From Caldilineaceae bacterium (GTDB taxonomy: Bacteria > Chloroflexota > Anaerolineae > Caldilineales > Caldilineaceae), in the NCBI GenBank assembly GCA_965221225.1, contig CBDCRV010000008.1, forward strand, positions 223,570 to 287,569: DNA of 64,000 nucleotides, written 5' to 3'. Positions 1-10,293 of the stretch are shown one piece after another. Within the stretch, counting starts at the first letter, position 1; every line of letters begins with the position of its first letter. The translations under genes and the position numbers were made by a program. The notes below the pieces were generated by a model that was not told the origin of the DNA, searched no databases, and worked only from the letters and a program-made list of their open reading frames with translations.

Positions 1-3000
1 GGCACGCCTCTCGGCCCTGAATGCGTAGGATTCCCTTGGGTTCCAATGCGCCAGGCGTCAATTGATCCCCAGCATGCACATATTCCCCATCACTTACTAA
101 GGGGGAGATGTGGGCAGGAATTTCAGAATCCCATTCAATTACATCTTCCCGTTGGATGGTGACGACAACATAACCGGTTTGGTTTTGGATTGACCCATCT
201 ATCGGGAACAACACAGTCCCCTCCATGCCGGCCATGATGCTGTGATTCCCTTTTTCCTCCTGGCTTTCTTCTCCCTGACTCGCTCTTTCAGCTATCAAGG
301 TGTCACTCTGTACGGCATCTCCATGAGTAACCTTCAACGCCCAGCCATCCACTGGTACTTGCAATTCGCGTGTCAGCAGATCAGTACGCTGCACGGAAAG
401 CCTCCGGATTTCCCCATCCCAATAAATCTTGACCTTGCCATCTATTTCGCTGATTACGGCCTGCCCCTTAGGTATGCGAGCTTCAAAGAGTTCCTCAACA
501 CGGGGAAGACCTCTGGTAATGTCATCGGAAGAAGCTACGCCACCCGTATGGAAAGTTCGCAAAGTGAGCTGAGTTCCCGGCTCACCAATGGACTGGGCGG
601 CAATAATGCCTACGGCCGCTCCCATTTGCACCATTCGGTCGGAAGCCAAGTTCGCACCATAACAGCGCAAACACAATCCGAATCGAGATTCACAAGTGAG
701 CGGACTGCGGATTTCAATCTCCTTAACGACCCTTTCAACCAGGGCAAGACGTTCTCTCTCTTCAATCAATTGATTGCGTTCCAGGATAACTTCACCGGTC
801 TCTGGATCGTCCACCTGTTGAGCTACACACCGGCCCGAGACACGTTGCCACAGCCGGTCTTCTTGGCTGGATTGAATATCGACCAGAATTCCGTTAGGCG
901 TGCCACAGTCTTCCTGCGTGATGATTACGTCCTGGGCCACATCCACAAGTCGGCGAGTGAGATAACCTGCGTCGGCGGTTCTTAGGGCAGTATCAGCCAA
1001 CCCTTTTCGGGAACCATGGGTGCTTATAAAAAATTCCATGGTGCTCAGTCCATCGCGGAAACTGGAACGAATGGGCATTGGGATAATTCGTCCATTGGGA
1101 TCAAACATCAAGCCGCGCATCCCCGCTAGCTGATTGATGGTACTGTGCCCACCTTTGGCAGCCCCTGAAATTGACATTGCCCCCACGCTAGTCAGTGGGT
1201 CTAAACCGTCTTTGATGCGAGACGATACCTGATCCGTCGCCCGGCTCCAAGCCTGAACGCGGTTGTCTTCCCATTCAGTACTTGTCAAGAGGCCCCGCAG
1301 GTACTGCGCTTCCGCCTGTGCTTCCCGGTTCTGGGCGTCTCTGATGATTTCCGCTTTCTCTGCGGGCACTTCCAGATCGCTCACTGCAATAGTAATTCCG
1401 GAGCGGGTCGCATATTGAAATCCGATGCCCTTTATTTGATCAGCTACCTCAGCGGTAACATCTTGCCCCAGGCGCCGATAGCAAGTCTGAACCAGATCAT
1501 TCACACCACCCTTGTCTAGACGCTCGTTGACAAACCGCAGGGGCTCCGGTAGCACTCGGTTAAAGATGATTCGACCCGCCGTGGTTCGAGTAAATTCCAC
1601 CAATTCGCCAGATCCCACATTAAGTTCGGTGCCTGCTAAGACTCCTTGTGCTTCCTGCAGAAAAACATCGCCGAAACCCTTTACTTCAGCTTTGAATCGT
1701 TCGGCATCATCATCGAGGCGGGCCTGCAACTCTTCGGCTGTTTGAATACCATGAACCTGCAACGCCTGGAGGCAGCGCGTGCTCAGAGCTAGGTCCTCTA
1801 TGGGCATTTCCACAACGAAGGGACGAATTCTTACTAGGATGGGTTCCCGCAGCGTTATTTGGCCCATTTCGAAGGCGTATTCCGCCTGTTCCTCATTCGG
1901 ATATCGGCGGACGTCTGCAACAGGTCGGTCCTCGTTCTCCATGGCAGTGAGATAAAAGACTCCCATCACCATGTCCTTAGTTGGAGAAACGATAGGCTCC
2001 CCACTGCTGGGTTTAAGAAGGTTATGCGTTGAAAGCATCAATTCACGAGCTTCTTTTACCGCTTGATTGCTTAAGGGAACATGTACCGCCATCTGATCGC
2101 CATCGAAGTCAGCATTGAAGGCAGTGCAAACCAACGGGTGCAGCTGAATAGCACTCCCTTCGATCAGCTTAACTTCAAATGCCTGGATGCCCAGCCTGTG
2201 CAGAGTCGGAGCCCGGTTCAGCAGTACCGGCCGTTCCTGACAGACCTTCTCTAGTACATCCCACACGCCTTCTTCAGCTTCATCCACCATGCGTTTCGCA
2301 TGGCGAACATTGGTGGCCGAGCCATGGTTCACCAGCCTCTCAATTACAAAAGGTTTAAAAAGCTCGAGAGCCATCCGCTTGGGTATGCCAGCTTGGTCCA
2401 ATTTCAAAGTCGGACCAATGACAATCACGGACCGTCCTGAGTAATCTACGCGTTTACCGAGCAGATTCCGCCGGAATCGCCCCTGCTTGCCTTTCAGCAT
2501 ATCGGTAAGACTCTTGAGGGGATGCTTCTGATTGCGGTTTGCCGTCGTGCGATTCCGCTTGCGGTTGTCAATCAGACTGTCAACGGCTTCTTGCAGCATC
2601 CGCTTCTCGTTTCGCACGATCACGTCGGGAGCACCCAAATCCTGTAATCGCTTGAGACGGTTGTTGCGGTTGATCACCCGCCGGTACAGATCGTTAAGAT
2701 CACTCGTGGCAAAACGACCGCCGTCCAACTGCACCATGGGGCGCAATTCGGGGGGAATTACCGGCAGTTGCGTCAGAATCATCCACTCAGGCCGATTCCC
2801 ACTCTTGCGCAGGTCTTCAACCTCTTTCAGTCGCTTAGCGGCGCGGGTTCGTTTTTGCTCACTCTTGGACGTATTGATAATCTCTCGCATTTCCCGCGCC
2901 AACTCGTCCAAATCCACCTGCTTCAGTAGCTCCAAGATGGCTTCAGCACCCATGCCGATCTCGAAAGTAGTGCCATACTGGCGAGACAAGGTACGGTATT

Positions 3001-3994
3001 CCTGATCATTTTTCAGGGCCCGTGGCTCAATCGACTTGAGCTGCTCCAGCCAAGTCTCGGTGCTGGAAATCAATCTGTCCCTTTCTACCTTGTCAAGACC
3101 TTCGATTTCTTCATGCCGGTCAGCTGCAGATTCCCGTATCTGATTCATTTCAATTTCAATTTCACGGGAAATCTCTTCCTTCCGGTTGTCCGATTCCTTC
3201 TTGAGTTCGTCCAAGAACAATTGGACGTGCTCATTGACCTCTTCTTCCTTGGTGGCATCGACTTTGCGGCCCTTCACCACAATGGCTGTCCTGACCCAAG
3301 TGAGTTTCAAGGTCTCTTCCGCCTTCTCGCCAACCCGGTTCTGCACCCATTGGATCAGTGCCTGTGCCTGGCCAATAGCATCGCCAGAGCGTTTAGCGAT
3401 TTCCTCATCCAGCTCTCTGATTTGGGTATCCCGGCTATCCAGTAGGCTTTGAATCTTGTCAGCCTCTTCCTGATCCGCCGCTTCTAATGCTGCAGCGGTA
3501 ATTGCCTGTTGCTTGGTAAGATTTAAAGCCAGTTCCTTCTCCTTACGAACCATCAAGCGTTTCCGGGCATCTTCATTCACTTTCGTGATGATATAAACTG
3601 CGTAATAAAGAACTTTTTCCAGATCGCGGGGACTGATGTCCAAAAGCAGTCCAAGGCGACAGGGCATGCCTTTGACGTACCAGATGTGGCTTACCGGAGA
3701 GGCCAAAGTGATGTGGCCCATGCGCTCTCGCCGAACACGGTTGGATGCTACTTCCACCCCGCATTTATCACAGACGATACCTTTGTATCGTTCTCTCTTG
3801 TATTTACCGCAACTGCACTCCCAGTCCTTTTCGGGTCCAAAAATGCGCTCACTGAAAAGGCCGTCCGGCTCAGGTTTCAGGGTGCGATAATTGATGGTTT
3901 CAGGTTTGTAAACCTCTCCATAGCTCCATTCCAGAATTTGGTGGGGAGAAGCAAGTGAAATCCGGATTACATCGAAATTGCCTAATTCAATCAA
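1..3994 (-). CDS. rpoC: DNA-directed RNA polymerase subunit beta' (partial; C-terminus lies beyond the left window edge)
   Basis: The minus-strand frame is open from TTG 3994 (AAGGAG 7 nt upstream) to position 1, so it is absent from the stop-to-stop ORF track. My translation from 3994 reads [28 protein letters not shown]...CSCGKYK...[10 protein letters not shown], the zinc-binding N-terminus. In the same frame, 2158-2101 reads [20 protein letters not shown], the catalytic NADFDGD motif. It sits directly downstream of rpoB. Confidence 0.95.
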   Translation of the reverse strand, partial: MIELGNFDVIRISLASPHQILEWSYGEVYKPETINYRTLKPEPDGLFSERIFGPEKDWECSCGKYKRERYKGIVCDKCGVEVASNRVRRERMGHITLASPVSHIWYVKGMPCRLGLLLDISPRDLEKVLYYAVYIITKVNEDARKRLMVRKEKELALNLTKQQAITAAALEAADQEEADKIQSLLDSRDTQIRELDEEIAKRSGDAIGQAQALIQWVQNRVGEKAEETLKLTWVRTAIVVKGRKVDATKEEEVNEHVQLFLDELKKESDNRKEEISREIEIEMNQIRESAADRHEEIEGLDKVERDRLISSTETWLEQLKSIEPRALKNDQEYRTLSRQYGTTFEIGMGAEAILELLKQVDLDELAREMREIINTSKSEQKRTRAAKRLKEVEDLRKSGNRPEWMILTQLPVIPPELRPMVQLDGGRFATSDLNDLYRRVINRNNRLKRLQDLGAPDVIVRNEKRMLQEAVDSLIDNRKRNRTTANRNQKHPLKSLTDMLKGKQGRFRRNLLGKRVDYSGRSVIVIGPTLKLDQAGIPKRMALELFKPFVIERLVNHGSATNVRHAKRMVDEAEEGVWDVLEKVCQERPVLLNRAPTLHRLGIQAFEVKLIEGSAIQLHPLVCTAFNADFDGDQMAVHVPLSNQAVKEARELMLSTHNLLKPSSGEPIVSPTKDMVMGVFYLTAMENEDRPVADVRRYPNEEQAEYAFEMGQITLREPILVRIRPFVVEMPIEDLALSTRCLQALQVHGIQTAEELQARLDDDAERFKAEVKGFGDVFLQEAQGVLAGTELNVGSGELVEFTRTTAGRIIFNRVLPEPLRFVNERLDKGGVNDLVQTCYRRLGQDVTAEVADQIKGIGFQYATRSGITIAVSDLEVPAEKAEIIRDAQNREAQAEAQYLRGLLTSTEWEDNRVQAWSRATDQVSSRIKDGLDPLTSVGAMSISGAAKGGHSTINQLAGMRGLMFDPNGRIIPMPIRSSFRDGLSTMEFFISTHGSRKGLADTALRTADAGYLTRRLVDVAQDVIITQEDCGTPNGILVDIQSSQEDRLWQRVSGRCVAQQVDDPETGEVILERNQLIEERERLALVERVVKEIEIRSPLTCESRFGLCLRCYGANLASDRMVQMGAAVGIIAAQSIGEPGTQLTLRTFHTGGVASSDDITRGLPRVEELFEARIPKGQAVISEIDGKVKIYWDGEIRRLSVQRTDLLTRELQVPVDGWALKVTHGDAVQSDTLIAERASQGEESQEEKGNHSIMAGMEGTVLFPIDGSIQNQTGYVVVTIQREDVIEWDSEIPAHISPLVSDGEYVHAGDQLTPGALEPKGILRIQGREAC

Positions 3995-4064
3995 GAGTGT
4001 GCTCCTTAACTTTGGGGCAGCCCCGACCACATCAGGGGGGCGCGAAATTGGGATGCTGTCCCCT

Positions 4065-7000
4065 TTAGGACCTGAACATCTTCGGAATCATCAGACCGGC
4101 TCCCAGATTGGGCAGGCGATCTGTTGAGACTTCCTTACCAAATTGAAGTTTTTCATCTTTGTCATTGGTGACTTCTACGGCAAGCCCCAGACTCTGTAGT
4201 TCCTTAACAAGCACGCGGAAGCTCTCAGGAATGCCTGGACTCTGTATTTCTTCTCCTTTGACGATGGACTGGTATGCATTCACCCGTCCGCTGGTATCGT
4301 CGGACTTGATAGTCAGCATTTCCTGCAAACTGTGGGCAGCTCCGTAGGCTTCCAAAGCCCAAACCTCCATCTCGCCGAATCGCTGGCCGCCATTCTGGGC
4401 CTTGCCCCCCAGCGGCTGCTGCGTGACTAAACTGTATGGGCCGGTACTCCGGGCATGTACTTTGTCTTCGACCAAATGCAATAGCTTCAACATGAAGGAA
4501 ATACCCACTGTCACCGGTGCATCGAAAGGTATGCCAGACTTTCCGTCAAGTAAGACTTGCTTTCCCGTGGTGGGCAGCGGCTGACCGTTTTCCATGGCTT
4601 TCTGAATGGCATGCTCATGAAGAGCCGCACCAGTTAATTCCGTTTGCGGCAGATTGAAGCGCTTCAGCCATTCCTGGTATGCCACTTGTACAGCCAATTG
4701 ATCATCCGCCTCGGAAGTACGATGGTGGGTATAGTCTTTGGGCAGGATGGCTTCTGGTTGATAGCCTTCCTCCTTCAGCCACTCCCTCACAGCAGCTCGG
4801 CGCGCGTAAGCGAAATCAGTGTAGATCCGCTCCAGATCATACTGATCTTCTTCCAGCCAATGGGACAAGTAAACAATGCGGGCTTCGTTCAAGTCCTCGA
4901 GCTGGTTTTCCTCGATCTCTTCACTATCGGCGAACAGATCCCACGCACGCATAGCCACTTGCTCCCACGCCAGGTCAGTCAGCCACGCCCGGGCCAGTTC
5001 TGCCTCAATTTGTTCTTGATGTGTCCCATCAAATACAGGCGTGGCTACTTTGAAACCTATCCGTTGTGCTGCCCACCCCAAGTGGTTTTCCAGCACCTGG
5101 CCGATGTTCAAACGACCTTGAACACCAATGGGATTCAGAATTATGTCAATTGGAGTTCCGTCTTCTAGAAAAGGCATGTCCTCGACGGGAATGATCTTGG
5201 AAATCACGCCCTTGTTGCCGTGCCGGCCGGACATCTTGTCTCCTTCCATCAGCTTGCGGCGCTGAGCTACATTGATGTGTACGATCTTCTCCGTGCCTGC
5301 AGGGAGATCGTTATGCTCTTTGCGGTCCAGAACCTTCACGTCTACTACCTTGCCGCGTTGGCCGTTGGGAAGGCGCATAGAGGTGTCCTTCACGTCGCGT
5401 ACCTTTTCACCGAATATGGCCCGCAGCAGCTTCTCTTCCGGACTGAGGATAGTTTCTCCCTTGGGAGATATCTTGCCGACCAAGATGTCGCCGCCAGTAA
5501 CTTCGGCCCCAATTCGAATTACGCCTTCTTCGTCCAACTGCTTGCGTGCTTCGGGACCGACATTTGGGATGTCCGCAGTGATTTCCTCCACACCCAGCTT
5601 GGTCTCGCGGGCCGTTACTTCATGTCGCTCTATATGTATGGAAGTGAAGAAATCCTGTTCAATCAGCCGTTCACTTACCAGTATGGCGTCTTCATAATTT
5701 CCGCCTTCCCAACACATATAGGCCACCAGCACATTCTGGCCTAGTGCCAGTTCTCCATTTTCGGTACTGGCACTGTCTGCGATCACTTCTCCCTGGGAAA
5801 CTCGCTGTCCTTTGTAGACAATGGGCCATTGGTCAATGCATGTGCTCTGGTTGCTGCGGTTGTATTTGCGCAGCTGATAGCCAGTCTCCTGTCCACGATC
5901 TGAGCGAACACAGATTTCATTGCTGGACGCCCGTGTCACTGTGCCTGCATGCGCACTGACTACCACCTGACCAGAATCAATAGCGGCCTGATATTCCACC
6001 CCAGTTCCCACCATAGGAGATTCTGCCCTGATAAGGGGAACCGCTTGGCGTTGCATATTGGATCCCATCAAGGCTCGATTTGCGTCATCGTGCTCCAAAA
6101 AGGGAATAAGCGAAGCACTGACGCCTACGATTTGCTGCGGCGAGACGTCAATGTACTGAACCTGATCCGCGGGAATATGAGGGAACTGGTCCGCCTTGCG
6201 AATAGACGGATACTCATTGAGCAGTTCACCACTTTCATTCAATGGAGTGCTCGCCTGGGCAATGGTCACCTTCTCATCTTGATCAGCTGACATATACACA
6301 ATCTCGTCCCCCACAAAAGGACGAACTTTCACATCCCTTCCGCGGCGAGAAGCAGTAATTTTGCGGGCGAGCTTCTCATTTACCAAAGTACCGGAAGCGC
6401 CCAGCATTTCCCCATTGCCTGTGCGTACGTCTTCGCTCAACGTGCGTCCTGTCAGAGCCTTAATACGGGCCGGAATTGCACTTCGGACAGGTCTATATGG
6501 GGTCTCGATAAAACCCATGGGGTTGACTTTGGCATATGAACTCATGTAACCAATCAAGCCAATATTGGGACCCTCAGGGGTCTCAATGGGACAAATGCGA
6601 CCATAGTGGCTGAAATGCACGTCTCTCACTTCTACTCCGGCCCTTTCTCGCTTTAGGCCACCAGGGCCTAAGGCACTCAAACGACGCTTGTGGGTCAGTT
6701 CTGAAAGCGGGTTGGTTTGGTCCATGAATTGGCTCAGTTGGCTGCCTCCCATGAATTCCTTGACTGCACCCAACACCAATTTGGCATTCATTAACTGGGT
6801 CGGCACCATCTGCTCAGGATCTTTGACAGACATGCGATCTCGCACGCCCTTTTCCAAGCGTGCCAGGCCAATTCGTACCTGATTTTGAAGCAGTTCTCCC
6901 ACGGTATTGACGCGTCGGTTGCCCAAGTGATCGGTGATATCCGTGCTGGACTCACCATTATTGATACGTATAACTTCCTGCACAATTGAGACCAGATCCT

Positions 7001-7925
7001 CGCGGGTTAAGGTGCGCATATTGGCGTCCTCTTCTCGCTCCAGCCGTTGATTGAGCTTGTATCTGCCTACCCGGCTCAGGTCATACCGGCGGCGGTCGAA
7101 GAACAATTCTTCTATGAAACGTCGGGCAGCATCTGCCTTGACCGGATCGCTGGGCCTTTGTGTGCTAAAGAAACGCAACTGGGCCTCTCGTATACCTTCC
7201 TTACTGTTGGTAACAGGGGTTAGAGGGTCCTTGTCCAACGTAGCTTCAATGAACCTATGTTCAGGATGCGTGTCCACAGCCTTGAAAAGCTCTCTAATTT
7301 CGTCATCTTCACCGAAACCCAAAGCACGCAGCAGAATGGTTACGGATTGTTTGCGTTTGCGGTCAACCTTGACCGTGATTTCATTTCGCTTGGAAGTCTC
7401 AAATTCTAGCCAGGCACCTCGGCCCGGGATCACTTTGGCAGTTGCCAACCCACGGCCTGAAGTGCGGTCTGCCACTATGTTGAAATAGACTCCTGGGGAA
7501 CGCAAGAGCTGGCTCACCACGACTCGCTCAGCTCCGTTCATTATGAAAGTCCCAGCCGGGGTCATCATCGGGAAGTCTCCGAGATAGACCTCCTGTACAG
7601 TGATTTCCCCAGTACTGGCATTCAGTAGTTGCACGTCCACTTTTAGGGGGGCGGAGTAGGTCTTGTCCCGGGCCCGGCACTCTTCAACCGAATGTTCAGG
7701 TGGGCCAAAACGGTAGTCCCCAAGTTCCAGCTCATAGTGCTTGCCGTAGCTTTGGATGGGGGGCATTTCCTCAAACAGTTCCTTCAGCCCTTCTTCCAGA
7801 AACCACTGAAAACTCTCCAGTTGCACCTCGATAAGATTAGGCAAAGGCATAGGTTCAGGGGTTCGAGCATAATTCTTGCGGATACCTTTACCTTTGCCAT
7901 TGCTATTCAACGATGTAGGGGACAT
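4065..7925 (-). CDS. rpoB: DNA-directed RNA polymerase subunit beta
   Basis: 1286-aa ORF with AGGAGG 4 nt upstream of the ATG. Conserved blocks include [32 protein letters not shown] and [29 protein letters not shown]. Confidence 0.97.
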   Translation of the reverse strand: MSPTSLNSNGKGKGIRKNYARTPEPMPLPNLIEVQLESFQWFLEEGLKELFEEMPPIQSYGKHYELELGDYRFGPPEHSVEECRARDKTYSAPLKVDVQLLNASTGEITVQEVYLGDFPMMTPAGTFIMNGAERVVVSQLLRSPGVYFNIVADRTSGRGLATAKVIPGRGAWLEFETSKRNEITVKVDRKRKQSVTILLRALGFGEDDEIRELFKAVDTHPEHRFIEATLDKDPLTPVTNSKEGIREAQLRFFSTQRPSDPVKADAARRFIEELFFDRRRYDLSRVGRYKLNQRLEREEDANMRTLTREDLVSIVQEVIRINNGESSTDITDHLGNRRVNTVGELLQNQVRIGLARLEKGVRDRMSVKDPEQMVPTQLMNAKLVLGAVKEFMGGSQLSQFMDQTNPLSELTHKRRLSALGPGGLKRERAGVEVRDVHFSHYGRICPIETPEGPNIGLIGYMSSYAKVNPMGFIETPYRPVRSAIPARIKALTGRTLSEDVRTGNGEMLGASGTLVNEKLARKITASRRGRDVKVRPFVGDEIVYMSADQDEKVTIAQASTPLNESGELLNEYPSIRKADQFPHIPADQVQYIDVSPQQIVGVSASLIPFLEHDDANRALMGSNMQRQAVPLIRAESPMVGTGVEYQAAIDSGQVVVSAHAGTVTRASSNEICVRSDRGQETGYQLRKYNRSNQSTCIDQWPIVYKGQRVSQGEVIADSASTENGELALGQNVLVAYMCWEGGNYEDAILVSERLIEQDFFTSIHIERHEVTARETKLGVEEITADIPNVGPEARKQLDEEGVIRIGAEVTGGDILVGKISPKGETILSPEEKLLRAIFGEKVRDVKDTSMRLPNGQRGKVVDVKVLDRKEHNDLPAGTEKIVHINVAQRRKLMEGDKMSGRHGNKGVISKIIPVEDMPFLEDGTPIDIILNPIGVQGRLNIGQVLENHLGWAAQRIGFKVATPVFDGTHQEQIEAELARAWLTDLAWEQVAMRAWDLFADSEEIEENQLEDLNEARIVYLSHWLEEDQYDLERIYTDFAYARRAAVREWLKEEGYQPEAILPKDYTHHRTSEADDQLAVQVAYQEWLKRFNLPQTELTGAALHEHAIQKAMENGQPLPTTGKQVLLDGKSGIPFDAPVTVGISFMLKLLHLVEDKVHARSTGPYSLVTQQPLGGKAQNGGQRFGEMEVWALEAYGAAHSLQEMLTIKSDDTSGRVNAYQSIVKGEEIQSPGIPESFRVLVKELQSLGLAVEVTNDKDEKLQFGKEVSTDRLPNLGAGLMIPKMFRS

Positions 7926-8078
7926 AGTTCCTCCTGGTCTGGGGGAAAAAGGGACACGTCCGGCCCGTGCGAGGCCAAGACTCAGCCGAACCTCGGCAAA
8001 TAGCCAAGGAGCATAGATTTATTAGTTTGGGAAGAGAAACGGAAGGCCATTTAGGCGTTCTAAAGGACGCCTAGTCGG

Positions 8079-8126
8079 AAAAAATTGAAAAGGCCCCGTG
8101 CCGCTTTTTGAAAAGGGGGCGGGGTC
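8079..8126 (-). terminator. Candidate attenuator/terminator-like hairpin in the rpoB leader
   Basis: The minus strand reads GACCCCGCCCCCTTTTCAAAAAGCGGCACGGGGCC. This is an imperfect GC-rich hairpin (CCCCG/CGGGG lower stem, CTTTT/AAAAG upper stem). It is followed by TTTTCAATTTTTT, about 155 nt upstream of the rpoB ATG. Confidence 0.3.
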
Positions 8127-8276
8127 AAGAAAACATCCCTGTCCTGGTGCGGCGTGTCCGTGGGCGTAGCTGACAGGATGCTTTTGTACATTCAGGTCTC
8201 CCGATGACAGAGCAGTAAAACAACACGCGGCAAAATTCTCGTGAGTCACGCAGCCTGACACAGTCAAGAACACACT

Positions 8277-8305
8277 ACCATAAACGAATTCCAAATATTT
8301 GTCAA
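8277..8305 (-). promoter_or_regulatory. Candidate sigma70-type promoter for rpoBC
   Basis: The minus strand reads TTGACA (8305-8300), a 17-nt spacer, then TATGGT (8282-8277). The predicted leader to the rpoB ATG is ~345 nt. Confidence 0.4.
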
Positions 8306-8663
8306 CCTCGGATCATATATTGGCCCTATTTAACGCTGATCTCGCCATTGGAGTGGACAGTTCCACTAGTGGGTACAGTTAAGTGGGCATTACAACGGCC
8401 CGGAGTGACCATGTAAAATAGTCAAGCTGTAGGTGGTTCCGCACCAGGTGCGGGGCAGTCACAGAGGCATTTCCAATGCCGCCGACATTGATTATTCGTC
8501 GCAGCTCAAGGCGGTCAGTCGTGGGGATAGGCACGGGCACATCGGCCCGGGAAGGGGCGGGTCCCCTTTCTTTCAGATCGTGGCGTTCAGCAGTTTCTCC
8601 TAAACAGAGCTCTAGTTGGCTTCTCCAGCTACCTAAGGCCATCGAAATGGGAGCCATGGCCTA

Positions 8664-9629
8664 GTGACCATTGCTGTGGCCCAGCCGGCCTTCCATGTTC
8701 CGGTGCTACTCCATGAGACTTTAGCCAGTCTGAACGTTAGTTCTGGCGCTAGCCTGATTGACTGTACGTTGGGAGATGCAGGCCACACAATCCGATTTCT
8801 GGAAGCCGCTGGTCCGGACAGCAGGGCCTTGGCCATGGACCGAGATGAGGAAGCCCTAGACAGAGCCCGGTTGCGGCTGGAAGAGGCTGGCCTGGCGGAG
8901 CGAGTTACTTTGGTGCATAGTAATTTCGCAGCTTTGCGACATGTTGCGCATCAACACGGATTCGACCAGGTTGACAACGTGCTGATGGATCTTGGCTTCA
9001 GCACCAACCAGGTGGATTCGCCCCACAGGGGTTTTTCGTTTCGTCTGGACGGCCCCCTTGACATGCGGATGGACCGGTCCCAAGTCTTAACAGCCGCAGA
9101 CATAGTCAATTCCTACTCTCGAAGCAAACTCGCGGACTTGATTTTTCGATGGGGTGAAGAGCCGCAGGCCCGGCGCATAGCCAACGCCATTGCACTTCGC
9201 CGCCCTTTCGCTAACACAAGAACCTTGGCAGACACTATTGCAGAGGCGCGCAAACAGAATTACAGCATTCGTCTACATCCAGCCACACGTACTTTCCAGG
9301 CGTTGCGAATTGCTGTGAATGAAGAGTTGAGCCAGTTGCAAGAGGCCTTGCCCCAAGCCCAGTCAATGTTGGCCCCGAAAGGGTGTATATGTGTCATTTC
9401 TTTCCATAGCCTGGAAGATCGCATGGTTAAGTCTTTCATGCGTCGGCAGAGCGAACGTCAGGCCAGGAACAAGTACGCCGCGGATTCGCGAAAAACCCAA
9501 GTATCGAGCGCCCCTCTGGAACTTTTATACAGACGTGTGGTGAGACCCAGTGCCTTGGAAGTGGAGGCCAATCCTCGCAGTCGTTCGGCCCGGATGCGGG
9601 CAGCATGCAAGAAGAGGGCGGAGACATGA
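8664..9629 (+). CDS. rsmH: 16S rRNA (cytosine1402-N4)-methyltransferase
   Basis: 321 aa with a GTG start. The N-terminus HVPVLLHETL plus DCTLGDAGH and MDLGFSTNQVD are typical RsmH/MraW motifs. It is the first gene of the dcw cluster. Confidence 0.93.
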   Translation: MTIAVAQPAFHVPVLLHETLASLNVSSGASLIDCTLGDAGHTIRFLEAAGPDSRALAMDRDEEALDRARLRLEEAGLAERVTLVHSNFAALRHVAHQHGFDQVDNVLMDLGFSTNQVDSPHRGFSFRLDGPLDMRMDRSQVLTAADIVNSYSRSKLADLIFRWGEEPQARRIANAIALRRPFANTRTLADTIAEARKQNYSIRLHPATRTFQALRIAVNEELSQLQEALPQAQSMLAPKGCICVISFHSLEDRMVKSFMRRQSERQARNKYAADSRKTQVSSAPLELLYRRVVRPSALEVEANPRSRSARMRAACKKRAET

Positions 9630-10285
9630 CCACCGAACAAGCCCCACTTCGTAATTTGCGGTCTGCAAATTGGCTTGGCCCATCGACCCAAGTTCGCCAA
9701 AGATGGCAAGGATGGCGTAGGGCATTCACCTTCCCAGTTCGGTTGCCCTTGGTACTTTGGTGGGCAGTGTTGATGGGCGTCATGGCATTTGGTTCCTTCT
9801 TAAATGTATATATATCCGCCCGCATTTCAGATGCAAGAATCCAGTTGGCCCGCCTTGATCAGGATCTGACATTGCAGGAAGAAGTCAACTCAGAATTGCT
9901 TTTCCGCATAGGGAAGGAAGTGGATCTGAATCACATATCCATTTGGGCCCAAAATCAAGGATTCATATATCAGACGGAAACATTGTGGTTGGACCTCAAT
10001 GCCACGCCCATTCCTCCGGTTGGTAGGTCGCCCCAAAACTCGCTGGAACCAGGTGGAGAGTTTCTAACCTCCGAATCGCGTTTTCAAGGGGCCGTGGACG
10101 CGTTGCGAACTTTGGCGTCCGACATAAGAGCCGAATTATCCCGCTTGAGGGGCCAGATTTCCGGGTTCACTCCTTTGCCCCCAGAGACGCGAAGACCCAA
10201 CAATCGCGTTGAAGCCGAAGAGGAAGGGCTTCTAGGTAGATTTTGGAATTTGGTGCTAGAAGCCGTGAATGCCTCCGTTCCCTGA
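9626..10285 (+). CDS. ftsL: FtsL-like cell division protein (single TM plus coiled coil)
   Basis: The start overlaps the rsmH stop as ATGA (the ORF track gives a longer 9605 start). One hydrophobic helix (LPLVLWWAVLMGVMAFGSFLNVYI) is followed by RIQLARLDQDLTLQEEVNSELLF. The position between rsmH and ftsI fits ftsL. No strong sequence signature. Confidence 0.6.
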   Translation: MTTEQAPLRNLRSANWLGPSTQVRQRWQGWRRAFTFPVRLPLVLWWAVLMGVMAFGSFLNVYISARISDARIQLARLDQDLTLQEEVNSELLFRIGKEVDLNHISIWAQNQGFIYQTETLWLDLNATPIPPVGRSPQNSLEPGGEFLTSESRFQGAVDALRTLASDIRAELSRLRGQISGFTPLPPETRRPNNRVEAEEEGLLGRFWNLVLEAVNASVP

Positions 10286-10293
10286 ATTTGTCT

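Noticed and set aside
242-3958. Plus-strand ORFs of 60-247 aa (242-985, 1512-1745, 2532-3005, 3113-3452, 3636-3958)
   Set aside because: They lie antisense to the continuous rpoC reading frame, which I verified through the NADFDGD motif and the N-terminal zinc ribbon. Their products are Arg/Ser-rich and low-complexity, typical of shadow ORFs.
4159-8003. Many plus-strand ORFs (up to 174 aa) overlapping rpoB
   Set aside because: They are antisense shadows of a strongly conserved 1286-aa gene and contain no recognisable motifs.
8022-8657. Minus-strand ORFs of 90 aa (8022-8294) and 92 aa (8379-8657) in the rpoB/rsmH spacer. The second contains an IPxxxRxxL string faintly reminiscent of AbrB/MraZ-type motifs.
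   Set aside because: The first spans the predicted promoter and the terminator-like hairpin. The second starts 6 nt from the divergent rsmH start, leaving no promoter space, and is on the wrong strand for mraZ. The motif match is too short to mean anything. I also saw no RNase P, SRP or tmRNA signature sequences here.
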